Assembly (NCBI RefSeq): GCF_006345805.1
Contig: NC_043009.1
Span: forward strand, 63,488,001-63,552,000
DNA length: 64,000 nt
Reading direction: 5' to 3'
Source of the DNA: Octopus sinensis
Taxonomy: Eukaryota
The translations under genes were made by a program, and so were the position numbers. The notes under the pieces were generated by a model. That model ran no database searches, was not told where the DNA came from, and saw only the letters and a program-made list of their open reading frames with translations. Shown here one piece after another: positions 12,870 to 24,259 of the stretch. Position 1 is the first letter of the stretch, and each line of letters begins with the position of its first letter.

Positions 12870-13693
12870 TGGAGGAGTGGATTACATCGACCCCAGTGTT
12901 CAACTGGTACTTATTTCATCGAACCCGAAAGGATGAAAGGCAAAAGTCGACCTCGTCGGAATTTGAACTCAGAACATAGCGGCAGACGAAATACCTATTT
13001 TTATTTCTTTACTACCCACAAGGGGCCACACACAGAGAGGACAAACAAGGACAGACACACGGATTAAGTCGATTATATCGACCCCAGTGCGTAACTGGTA
13101 CTTATTTAATCGACCCCGAAAGGGTGAAAGGCAAAGTCGACCTCGGAGGAATTTGAACTCAGAACATAGCGGCAGACGAAATACCTATTTTTATTTCTTT
13201 ACTACCCACAAGGGGCCACACACAGAGAGGACAAACAAGGACAGACTCACGGATTAAGTCGATTATATCGACCTCGGTGCGTAACTGGTACTTATTTAAT
13301 CGATCACGAAAGGATGAAAGGCAAAGTCGACCTCGGAGGAATTTGAACTCTGAACGTAGCGGCAGATGAAAAACTTATTTCTATTTCTTTACTGCCCACA
13401 AGAGGCTAAACACAGAGAGGACAAACAAGGACAGACTCACGGATTAAGTCGATTATATCTATTTCTTTACTACCCACAAGGGGCTAAACACAGAGAGGAC
13501 AAACAAGGACAGACACACGGATTAAGTCGATTATATCGACCTCGGTGCGTAACTGGTACTTATTTAATCGACCCCGAAAGGATGAAAGGCAAAGTCGACC
13601 TCGGAGGAATTTGAACTCAGAACGTAGCGGCAGACGAAATACGGCTACGCACTTCGCCCGGCGTGCTAACGTTTCTGCCAGCTCCCCACCGCC
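12870..13693 (-). mobile_element. SINE family A multimeric array
   Basis: One tRNA head at about 13640-13693 followed by roughly four body units of about 180 bp, plus a partial internal duplication near 13460-13535. Confidence 0.85.
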
Positions 13694-14146
13694 TTTAATG
13701 TTCCATAAAATATTGGCCGGTCTTCCAGTTTGGAGTAAATCTAATGAGTCGCCGACTTCAATTAAAGAATGGAATCGATTGGTGAGGCAGCTAGTGTCAC
13801 TTGGGAACCACGATTGGACTATTTGAGACAACAACACCAACAGCAACACCAAATGCCATTAACAAATTAAATCCAAGTGAATTAATCAAGCATTCTGGTC
13901 ACGGATGTCAGAATTAGTTGGTTTGAGATGATGTGGATGTGTATATGTGTGAAGAGTGTGTGCAATCGTAAAAATATAGATCTATATATATGTATACGTG
14001 TCCGTGTGTACATGCGTACATGATTATATAAGTATGTATTATGTAAGTATGTATAGGTCCATATATTTGTATATGTCCCTGAGTACGTGTGTACATTATT
14101 ATATAAGTATGTATTCATGTACATACGTGTGTGTGTGAGTGAGTGT

Positions 14147-14178
<32 letters not shown>

Positions 14179-15049
14179 TGTAGTATGCATGTATGTATGT
14201 AATTGGGGTGTATGAAGCATCGGAAGAGATGAAAGGGTGGGAAACTGGGATGTCATTCAAGTTAAGATTTCTTAAACTCTCGTTAAAGACGAAGTAAAAG
14301 TTGTCGGGAAGGAACGGAAATGGGATAATTGGGAAATTGGTGAGAGTAGGAGGGAGAGACGCAAGGGTGGTTGTAGGAGGAGGGTATAGTGAAGTCTAGT
14401 CGTGGGGAGGTACTAGTGGTGGTGGGAGTGAGAGTATGTTAATGGTTGTAGCAGAGGAGGAGGGAGGTGTGGGAAGGAGATGAGGTGAGTGGGTGATACT
14501 CGTGGTTGGTGGCAGCGAGACAGTACGATGACGGTGAAGAAGAGAGTGGAAGATGATGAGGAAAAGTCGAAGAAAAGAAAGATGTGAGAGACGAAGGATG
14601 GGGAACGAAGAGGAAGAGGAAATAGAGGCAGGGCTGTTAGAAATGGAGGACGTTTTGGTACTCAAGCTTTGCTCAAATATAAGGGAAAATAGCCGGAAAC
14701 GAGGATCAATCCTTGAAATTTGATATGGACCAGATATTAAGTCCTCAGTGAAATGGAAGGTGGCAGACGTTGTGGGTTTCATAAGAAAGAAAAAGCATTC
14801 ACAGTAATAAAGATTTCAAATTTTGGCACAAGGTAAGGGATTTCAAGGAGGGGCAAATCGACCACAGGTCCTGACTGGTGCTTTATTTTTTCGATGAAAG
14901 GCAAAGTTGGCCTAGGTGGGATTTGAACTCAGAATGTAAAGACTCCAGAGAAATGCCGCTAAGCGATTTGTCTGACGTGCTAACGATTCTCCCAGCCCGC
15001 CACCTTAATGGTAACAGGGATAATCTTTTCTATTGTAGGCTCAAGGAAG

Positions 15050-15640
15050 GCGGTGGGGAGCTGGCAGAAACGTTAGCACGCCGGGCGAGATGCTTAGCTG
15101 TATTTCGTCTGCCACTACGTTCTGAGTTCAAATTCCGCCGAGGTCGACTTTGCCTTTCATCCTTTCGGGATCGATAAATTAAGTACCAGTTACGCAATGG
15201 GGTTAATATAATCGACTTAAACCGTTTGTCTGTCCTTGTTTGTCCTCTCTGTGTTTAGCCCCTTGTGGATAGTAAAGAAATAGGTATTTCGTCTGTCTTT
15301 ATGTTCTGAGTTCAAATTCCGCCGAGGTCGATTTTGCCTTTTATCCTTTCGGGGTCGATAAAGTAAGTACCAGTTACGCACTGGGGTCGATGTAATCGAC
15401 TTAATCCCCTCCCCAAAATTTCGGGCCTTGTGCCTAGAGTAGAAAAGAATCGTTAGCACGATGGACGAAATGCTTAGCGGGATTTCGCCTGTTGCAACGT
15501 TGTGAGTTTAAATTCCGCCGAGGTCGACTTTGCCTTTCATCCTTTCGGGGTCAATAAATTAAGTACCAGTAAAAACACTGGGGCCGATGTTATCGATTAT
15601 CGCCCTCCACCGAAATTTCAGACCTTGTGCCTTATGCTGC
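15050..15640 (+). mobile_element. SINE family A dimer plus adjacent monomer
   Basis: Same head and core; junction aaagaaataggtatttcgtc at about 15275. Confidence 0.8.
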
Positions 15641-15644
15641 ATCT

Positions 15645-15870
15645 CTGTTCAGTGACAAAATTCCGTGATGCAGCACGGATTTTTGTCAGTGAACAGTTTG
15701 CGATCTTAAAGCGAAGAAAATATTTTGGCAAATTAAATTAAAATGTTGAAGTGAATCTAACGGTTTTTGTGTGTTTCTTGAATGCCTTATAAACACCTTC
15801 CACGCTGCAATTGTTTTCCTTCCAGCACACGATCTCAGATCAGGTCACTTGCTATGCAAGTACATCTCCG
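15645..15870 (+). mobile_element. Foldback repeat family H4 with hammerhead-like fold (15682-15732)
   Basis: Homologous to 57612-57936; short terminal palindrome 15645-15696. Confidence 0.65.
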
Positions 15871-16564
15871 TAAATATATATATATATATGTATGTATGTA
15901 TGTATGTACGATGGGCTTCTTTCAGTTTCCGTCTACCAAATCTACTCACAAGGCTTTGGTTGGCCTGAGGCTGTAGTAGAAGACACTTGCCCAAGGTGCC
16001 ACTCAGTGGGACTGAACCCGGAACCACGTGGTTGGAAAGAAAGCTTTTTACCACACATGTACGCCTGCGCCTATTATTTATTTTATCGATCCCTGTCGGA
16101 TAAAAACTCAAAATCAACCTTGACACCGTTTGAACTCAGAACGCAGGAAGAGGAAGTTAAAATATTTTGAAGCACTTTACCCGGTGCTCCGCCATTTTTG
16201 TCACATCGGAAGAGAAAACAAAAAGCTATCAATGTGTGATGTGGATGGGGGAAGTTTAGTACGTGTGTGTGTGTGTGTTTGTGTGTGTGTGAATAATTTT
16301 GTGTGTGATGTGTATGTTATGCATAATTGGCACGTGTGTGACTAAAGATTGACTGTGTGGAGGGAATACTGTGTTGGGGGGGGGGGCATGTCTTATAAAT
16401 CTTTTCGATTAAAGACAAAAAAGGTAGGCTGGAATTAAACTGTCAAATCAGCGAATTTCAATTGGTTTCCATTAGAATTCTTTTTCTATTCTAAAAACAG
16501 TGAGTGGATCCTTTGGTGAATGCTGAAGTGGTTGGACTTTAAATAGCCTGGCAGTAACTACCAT

Positions 16565-16605
<41 letters not shown>

Positions 16606-16914
16606 TGTTGTATTTTTGTTGTTGTTGTTGTAGTAGTAGTAGTAGTTTTTGTTGCTGTTGTTGTTGATGTTGTTGTTTCGCCCCTGGTCATTCCGCTTCG
16701 GGGAAAACGTTTAATTAAAGGTCATTCCAAAGTAACCATTCTATTTTTTTGTTGTTGTTGTTGTTTTAAGCGATAGCGTATATTATCTAATACATCTTTC
16801 TAATTTTAAGATGGGAAGGTATTATGTCGTACCAAGTTGGGTTTGGCTGTTATTTCTTGCGAGTCGAACGGCCAGGTAGAGACTTCTTCGTTGACTTATG
16901 TCTATGTATGCCTT

Positions 16915-17250
16915 GGCTTCTTTGCACTATAGCCAGAAGCCAGACAGCTTTACTGGGATTACGAATGTGTTGGCTTTGAACTATAGCCAGAATCTAAAAA
17001 ATTCAACTAATTATCTCCATTATCGCCTTAGACTATAACCAGAGAGACAGCTTGACCGAGATTATCAATAGCCTGGCTTTGTATTATAGCCAGAAGACAG
17101 GCAGTTCGACATGATTTATCTATATTCTGATTTTGTACTATACCCAGAAGTGAACGTGACAAGGTGTGTCTTTTTTCTGGTCAAGAACCAGACGTTGATC
17201 AGCTTGGTTGAGTCGAAATAGATCCAGGGTTTTTACTATGACCAGAAACC
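16915..17250. repeat. Degenerate 44-54 bp tandem repeat with conserved hairpin motif
   Basis: ctatagccagaa-like motif at 16927, 16981, 17033, 17084, 17138, 17182, 17236. Confidence 0.6.
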
Positions 17251-18231
17251 GAAGGTGTGAAGTAGAGAGATATACTGCAATCAAGAATCGAATTTGTGTT
17301 TCAGACATTACTTACTTGGCAGAAATGGCTAAGCAATTACGAAGCCCACTTCACTACCATTCAAGCCCCAGATTCAATCCTACTGACTGGTATCTAGAAA
17401 AAATGCATTTGTCACAACCTGTGGACGACCTAAGCCTTGTGATCGAATTTGGTGAGACAGAAACTGTGGATACCCGTTTGATGGAATGTACCTATAATCT
17501 GAAGGTCCAGCCTAGTCAAAAATGTGCCACGTTGATTCTACGGGAGAATGACGTTAAGAGTTCAAGTGTCTGTGGAATATTCGGTTTCTTCGAATGTTAA
17601 TTCAATAAATAGGTTGTCCAGTTGGCCGAACACCTGAAAGTTTAAAAGTTGATTGTAAATCTGATATGATAACCGAGAACGATAACTGCGAATGTACACC
17701 TAAATCCTTGATTTCTGGTTCTCCAAATTAACCATAACGAATTGCTCCTGTCTTACGTTTAACGAAATACCATTAAATAAACAATATTTATTTTATATGA
17801 CGCGTCTTCTCGCTTATTATTCCCAATAGGCTATTTGGTTCTCTTCACGAATATAAACGCTTATCAATGCTCTGTTACTGCCATCAGGTGAGGGAAGTAA
17901 AACAGCTATTACAGCAGCCTCTCTTACAGATCATATGTCGTTGAACTTTTGAAACGAACACCCCTCGAGTACCATCAAAACTACTCTTAAACAACACTGT
18001 AGGCCTTGAGCATTTTTTCTCAGTCTTAAAATTCTGCAGAGAAAAATCATTGTGCAATCATAGGGACAATCAAAAACGTAGTACCACTTCCTTTTGTGCA
18101 GTCAAATTGCCCTTGCGACCAATCAGAAACACGTAGATTGTATGCTATGTCCCGTATAAAACGCAACAGTAAGGTTTACAATAAGAACTTATCCCGCTAG
18201 CGATTACAACTCTCAACATTCTGATACATAT

Positions 18232-18612
18232 GTATATATATATATATATATAAAGCTGAAGTTGTCTGTGTGTGGTAGATTTGGTAGCCTTCAATTAACA
18301 CTATCTCCTCCGAGACCCTGCGGCGCAAGTTGACCAAAATTGAGAGTATGATAGAAGAAGGCTTGCTCTTCATTCAGTAGAAGAAAAAATTCAAATTATT
18401 TACATCAAAAAGGTGCTTTTTTTTCTATGAAAATGCCTATTTTTTACAATTTTTGACTGCTGTGTCGCCATTTTTCGGTGTATTTCACGCAGAAATATGT
18501 TCACTTAAGGAGAATAACAAACTACATAATGCAAAATTTTTACTTTTCAAAAATTCCAATTCTAAAGGGTCGAAAAGAAAACAAACCCGAGCAATGCCGG
18601 GCGATACTGCTA

Positions 18613-18613
<1 letters not shown>
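18232..18613 (+). mobile_element. Non-autonomous Helitron (family E)
   Basis: 3' GC hairpin cccgagcaatgccggg followed by CTAG|T; homologous to 30410-30830 and 55621-56002. Confidence 0.8.
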
Positions 18614-18682
<69 letters not shown>

Positions 18683-19358
18683 TATATATAAGGGTACTAG
18701 AATACCACTTGCTAGAAAAAGGTGTTAATACTCCAAATCCACAAATTTCTCACTATTAAGAAACAGAGGGAATGCAATGGATATGATAAAAGGTAGACTT
18801 TATCGTATACAAACCACAAAGCAAGAACAGGTATTTTGGTATCAATTGGTTTCACTTTTTGTGCGTTTGGTGGTATTCCGGTACCCGACTTTATATATTT
18901 GTGTATTTTACCTGCATACGTTAAACCTGCTAGCCACTTTAATATTAGTATTATTATTATTCTAATAATGGTAATAATACTTTATTAAATTTTACATTGT
19001 ACTGACTCACTTTATGTTCGTTTTTGAATGTTGCGGGGGGGGGGGGCGTTCAGGTGAACAAATGCGTACGGTGTAATGCAATGAATATTTTGAAAGGTAG
19101 ATGAATACAGTAAGTTTGGCTGACGATCCTTAAGTACTAACGTACAAAAGGTAAAAATCAATTAATACCAAAATATCTGTTCTTGCTTTGTGGTTTATAC
19201 AAGGTAAAGTCTACTTCACCGCACGTGTTTTTTTTTAATAGTGAGAAATTTGTGGATTGGAGTATTAACTCCTTTTTCTAGCAAGCAGGTACCCTACTTT
19301 ATTTGTGTATTTAACCTATATAGGTTAAACTTGCTGACCACTTCATTATTATTATTAT

Positions 19359-19402
<44 letters not shown>

Positions 19403-19590
19403 TACTACTACTACTACTACTACTATTATTATTATTATTATTATTTTAATGGTAATAATACTTTATTAAATTTTATTTATATTTATATATATATGTACAT
19501 ATTTATATCTCACTGGATGGAGTACTTGTTTTTGATCTAATGGAATATGTATATATATATATAAACAAACATATATATATATATATATAT

Positions 19591-19810
19591 TAAAAAATTC
19601 TATAAAAAATCACTTTTCATGTTCTTCAAGGAATTTGATATATGCTGTCAAACGTCAAGGATGTAATGAAGAGTACATAGGTCAAATAAAGCTTACTCTA
19701 AGCAATAGACTGACCATTCACCGACAACAAATGCGAGACCCCAGGACTAGACAGACAAATTTGTAAAAAATATGTCTCCCAAATTCCAGTTCTTCCCACT
19801 CTACCTATGT
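19591..19810 (+). pseudogene. Penelope-like element GIY-YIG endonuclease fragment
   Basis: Translates to HFSCSSRNLIYAVKRQGCNEEYIGQIKLTLSNRLTIHRQQMRDPRTRQ (NLIY...YIGQ...R...H pattern); truncated by TAA at 19764. Confidence 0.75.
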
Positions 19811-21049
19811 TCAGCGAACACCACACATGACGCATATATATACATACATACATGCTCTTTTACTCTTTTATTTGTTTCAGTCATTTGACTGCGGCCATGG
19901 GGGGGGGGGACAAACACAGACACACAAACATATATATATGTATATACGACGGGCTTCTTTCAGTTTCCGTCTACCAAATTCACTCACAGGGCTTTGGTCG
20001 GCCCGAGGCTATAGCAGAAGACACCTGCCCAAGATACCACACAGTGGGACTGAACCCGGAACCATGTGGTTGGTAAACAAGCTACTTACCACACAGCCAC
20101 TCCTGCGCCTATATATATATAATGACATCGTTATTCTTACTCATTCTCATCCTCTTTCTCTCCCCCTTTCCCATTCTCCTCCTCACCCTTTCTTTCCGTC
20201 TCTCTCAATTTCTCTGTCTCTTTCTCTCTCTATCTCGTCTCTCTATCTCTTCCTCTCCCTTCTCTTTCTCTCTCTTTCCCGCTCTTTCTTTTCCAAACAT
20301 GCTCTTCCTTTGCCCGTCCTCCCGCTCTCTGTATTTCAATCCCCCTCTCTCTCTTTCTCTTTCTCTTTCTCTTTCTCTCTCTCCTCTCCCTCCCATCGTA
20401 ACTGCGCATACTCCAAACGCACGTAGGATATCTTTGACGTTCTTAATCTGCCTACCCAACACGAAATGCCAATTAAATGATGTTTGGGTTACAGCTTCGG
20501 CGACTACTGATAACAAACATGTCTGCCATGAACGCGCCTCCGCAACTTCAAGCCTCACAAATCGCTAGACGGACATAAAAGTACATCTTACTCGAAAAAG
20601 AAAATAACTAAGGTAGACTCAAGAATATGATATTCCTCTGGCTGGATTCCATTGATGATAAAGCACGGTATGGATGATGATGGTATGTTTGGTCTAGCTT
20701 TCAGAACTGGTAATTTTTTTTTTTGCTGTTGTCCAGTTTAGTCAGAATACGTTTACAATCTCTAACGGAAGTTGTATTTTGAAACCTTTATTGTATATAT
20801 ATTATATATGCATATATATATATCTGTGTATATGTGTTTATCAGTGTGTGCGTGGGCATCTATGTATATGTGTATAATCTACTTATCTAGCTATATATAT
20901 ATATGTATGCATGTATGTAGATATACATACCTATATATATATGTAGGTTTGTATGTGTATGTATATACAGACATATACGCATTCATATATATACATACAT
21001 ATTTATATACACATATACATATACATAGATACACACACACACGTGTGTG

Positions 21050-21096
<47 letters not shown>

Positions 21097-21166
21097 CATG
21101 GGAGGGTGTATCTAGGTCTATGCACGTGAAAGTATGCATAAAAATAGATGGATAGATATATAGATT

Positions 21167-21224
<58 letters not shown>

Positions 21225-21757
21225 GGATGGATGGATGGATGGATGGATGGATAGACAGACAGACAGGCACGGAGACAGACAAGCAGATACGATAGCAACA
21301 GAACAGAATCACCAACAGGGAGACAAAGAGATGCTGAGACAAGATAAAGAAGACATTCATTAAAATATGAATCAACAAATGAATGAAATATGATGGAAGT
21401 TCTCGGGTGTGTGTGTGTGTGTGTGAAGGAGAGGAGGCTGAAATGAAATTTCTGTTCAAGGATAATCTCCAGAAATAGCAAACCATTAGCTAATGATGAT
21501 GATGATGATGATGATGTGAGTCGAAGTGAATCGGATGTGAAAATATAAACAGAAGAGGTGTATCTGTTGGTCTGACGTCAGACGAAACAGAGACTAACGT
21601 TTCGTGAGGAGGAGGGGGAGGAGGAGGAGAAAAAAATGTTCTCTGTTCTAGCGTCGTAGCTTATCCACTCTCTCCCTCTCCTTCTCTCTTTGAGCCCCTC
21701 TCTCTCTTCTTTCTCCCATTCACTCATTCCCATTTAATGATACTCTCTCTCTCCACC

Positions 21758-21793
<36 letters not shown>

Positions 21794-22221
21794 TTACACT
21801 CGTAATCTATCTAAGACAGACATGGGACACTAGCTAAGCACTCTGTATCACTGGACTTGCACGAAAATGTAATAAATGTGATTAGAGTTTAATGAATTAA
21901 TGTGACACCAGCGCCCCATAATTAATTACATCTTAATCACTAAAGATAAGCTATTTCTCAGGCATGTCAATCTGTTTCCTTTCACCCACAATTTCATCTT
22001 GTTTCCTCATCCTTTACTTGTTTCAGTCATTTGACTGCGGCCATGCTGGTGCAACGCCTTGAAGTGTCTTTTAGCCGAACAAATCAACCCCAGGACTTTT
22101 TTTTTAAGCCTGGTGCTTATTCTATCGGTTTTTTGTCGAACTGCTAAGTTACAGGGACCGAAACCAGCCAACAATGATTGGGAACAAGTACACACACACA
22201 TACACACACACACACACACAC

Positions 22222-22266
<45 letters not shown>

Positions 22267-22675
22267 TATGTACATATATACATGCGTCTGCGTGTGTTTG
22301 TGTGTGTATGTGTATATATGCACGTGAATGTATATTTTTCCAAGTTTATATGGTTTTATTTAATATACATATAGTCATATACTTCTCATTTATTTAGTTT
22401 TTCTTTTCTTTATCCCTCCTCTTTCTCTAGGCTACCTCTGACGTTATAACCAATAACGTTTTTTTTTAAACAATCTTAATTAACAATCAGTTAATCACTA
22501 TACATATCCATCATTTTCTGTTAAAATGTCTTATTGACGAGTTTCATTTCTTCACTTCCCTGAATAGAAGATTACATTGTTTTACACCATTTTACTCCTT
22601 TAGAATAATACCAGTGATATCTTCGAAACATGTGTCGGAAGTAAAAGAATTTGAATAACACCTGCGTTTAACTTC

Positions 22676-22712
<37 letters not shown>

Positions 22713-22718
<6 letters not shown>

Positions 22719-23032
22719 GGTCCCGGGTGATTCGGGGTTAACCACAGTAAATAAGGTACTCAATACATAGCAGAGTAAAATTAATTTATTATATAGAAGG
22801 AGCTTCTACAGGACTAGAACTGTTTCATTCAAGAGAAATCTTCAGGAAGCTAGTTAACAAGAATTGTATTGGCATTTATACATTTAGGCAGGTTTAAAAT
22901 TAATTTATTTTAATTTAATTAAACCTGCCTAAATTTATAAATGCCAATACAATTCTTGTTAACTAGCTTCCTGAAGATTTCTCTTGAATGAAACAGTTCT
23001 AGTCCTGTAGAAGCTCCTTCTATATAATAAAT
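22713..23032. mobile_element. Penelope-like foldback repeat (family H2) with two inverted hammerhead-like folds
   Basis: 113-bp inverted arms 22784-22896 / 22920-23032 with one mismatch; folds at 22801-22851 (-) and 22965-23015 (+). Confidence 0.7.
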
Positions 23033-23344
23033 ATATATATATATATATATATACCATGGACTTCTTTCAGTTTCTTTCTACCACATCCACTCACAAAGCT
23101 TTGATTGACCTGACGCAATAGTAGAAGACATTTATCCTAAGTGTTAAGCAGTGAGGTTGAACCCGGAACCATGTGGTTGAGAAGCAGGCTTCTTACCACA
23201 CAGCCACGTCTACGCCTATATTTGTTATTTGTTATTTTTGTTTTTATTCTTGAATTGCCAAGTCTACATTTTTTTCTTCTTGTTATAGCATCTGATTTGG
23301 AGTGGGTCCTTGTCAAAAGCCCATGTATTAAATAACGCTCGGTT

Positions 23345-24064
23345 TTTCTCCTCCAGAAAGAAAATGTTCATCAGATTTCGCCTTCTTCAACGTCTCTACA
23401 TATGCCCGTCGTTAAGGGGGTAAACGGACGGCACTGCCCTGCCTCCTTCTTGAAAGAAAATATCCATTAGATTTCGCCTTCTTCAACGTCTCTACATATG
23501 CCCGTCGTTAAGGGGGTAAACGGACGGCACTGCCCTGCCTCCTTCTTGAAAGAAAATATCCATTAGATTTCGCCTTCTTCAACGTCTCTACATATCCCGT
23601 CGTTAAGGGGGTAAACGGACGGCACTGCCTGCCTCCTTCTTGAAAGAAAATATCCATTAGATTCGCTTCTTCAACGTCTCTACATATGCCGTCGTTAAGG
23701 GGGTAAACGGACGGCACTGCCCTGCCTCCTTCTTGAAAGAAAATATCCATTAGATTTCGCCTTCTTCAACGTCTCTACATATGCCCGTCGTTAAGGGGGT
23801 AAACGGACGGCACTGCCCTGCCTCCTTCTTGAAAGAAAATATCCATTAGATTTCGCCTTCTTCAACGTCTCTACATATGCCCGTCGTTAAGGGGGTAAAC
23901 GGACGGCACGCCCTGCCTCCTTCTTGAAGAAATATCCATTAGATTTCGCCTTCTTCAACGTCTCTACATATGCCCGTCGTTAAGGGGGTAAACGGACGGC
24001 ACTGCCCTGCCTCCTTCTTGAAAGAAAATATCCATTAGATTTCGCCTTCTTCAACGTCTCTACA
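23345..24064. repeat. 96-bp tandem satellite, about 7.5 copies
   Basis: agatttcg unit starts at 23373, 23469, 23565, 23659, 23752, 23848, 23941, 24037; stop codons in all six frames of the unit. Confidence 0.95.
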
Positions 24065-24259
24065 TATGCCCGTCGCTAAGGGGGTGAACTGGCCGGAACT
24101 GCCACCCCTCCACTATTCAATGGTGACCCCTCAGATTTACAGTGATACACTTATTTGAAAACTCCACTTTAGCATTATTACAAATTAGTGCCCACCCAGA
24201 ATATTCCATATCACCACCACCACCGCCACCCCAGGCACCAAAATCTGGTGATGGGCCTG
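24065..24259. mobile_element. hAT-like MITE
   Basis: Imperfect TIRs TATGCCCGTCG / TGATGGGCCTG; 8-bp TSD tctctaca (24057-24064) / tctctata (24260-24267). Confidence 0.6.

Noticed and set aside
16915-17250. True CRISPR array
   Set aside because: Spacers are partly homologous, repeats are degenerate and there are no cas genes; kept only as an odd minisatellite
17208-17600. 130-aa ORF in the large intron
   Set aside because: TTG start, overlaps the degenerate repeat, no recognisable domain or convincing splice sites
23345-24064. Possible CRISPR array or coding repeat (96 bp = 32 codons)
   Set aside because: No unique spacers, stop codons in all six frames, eukaryotic context
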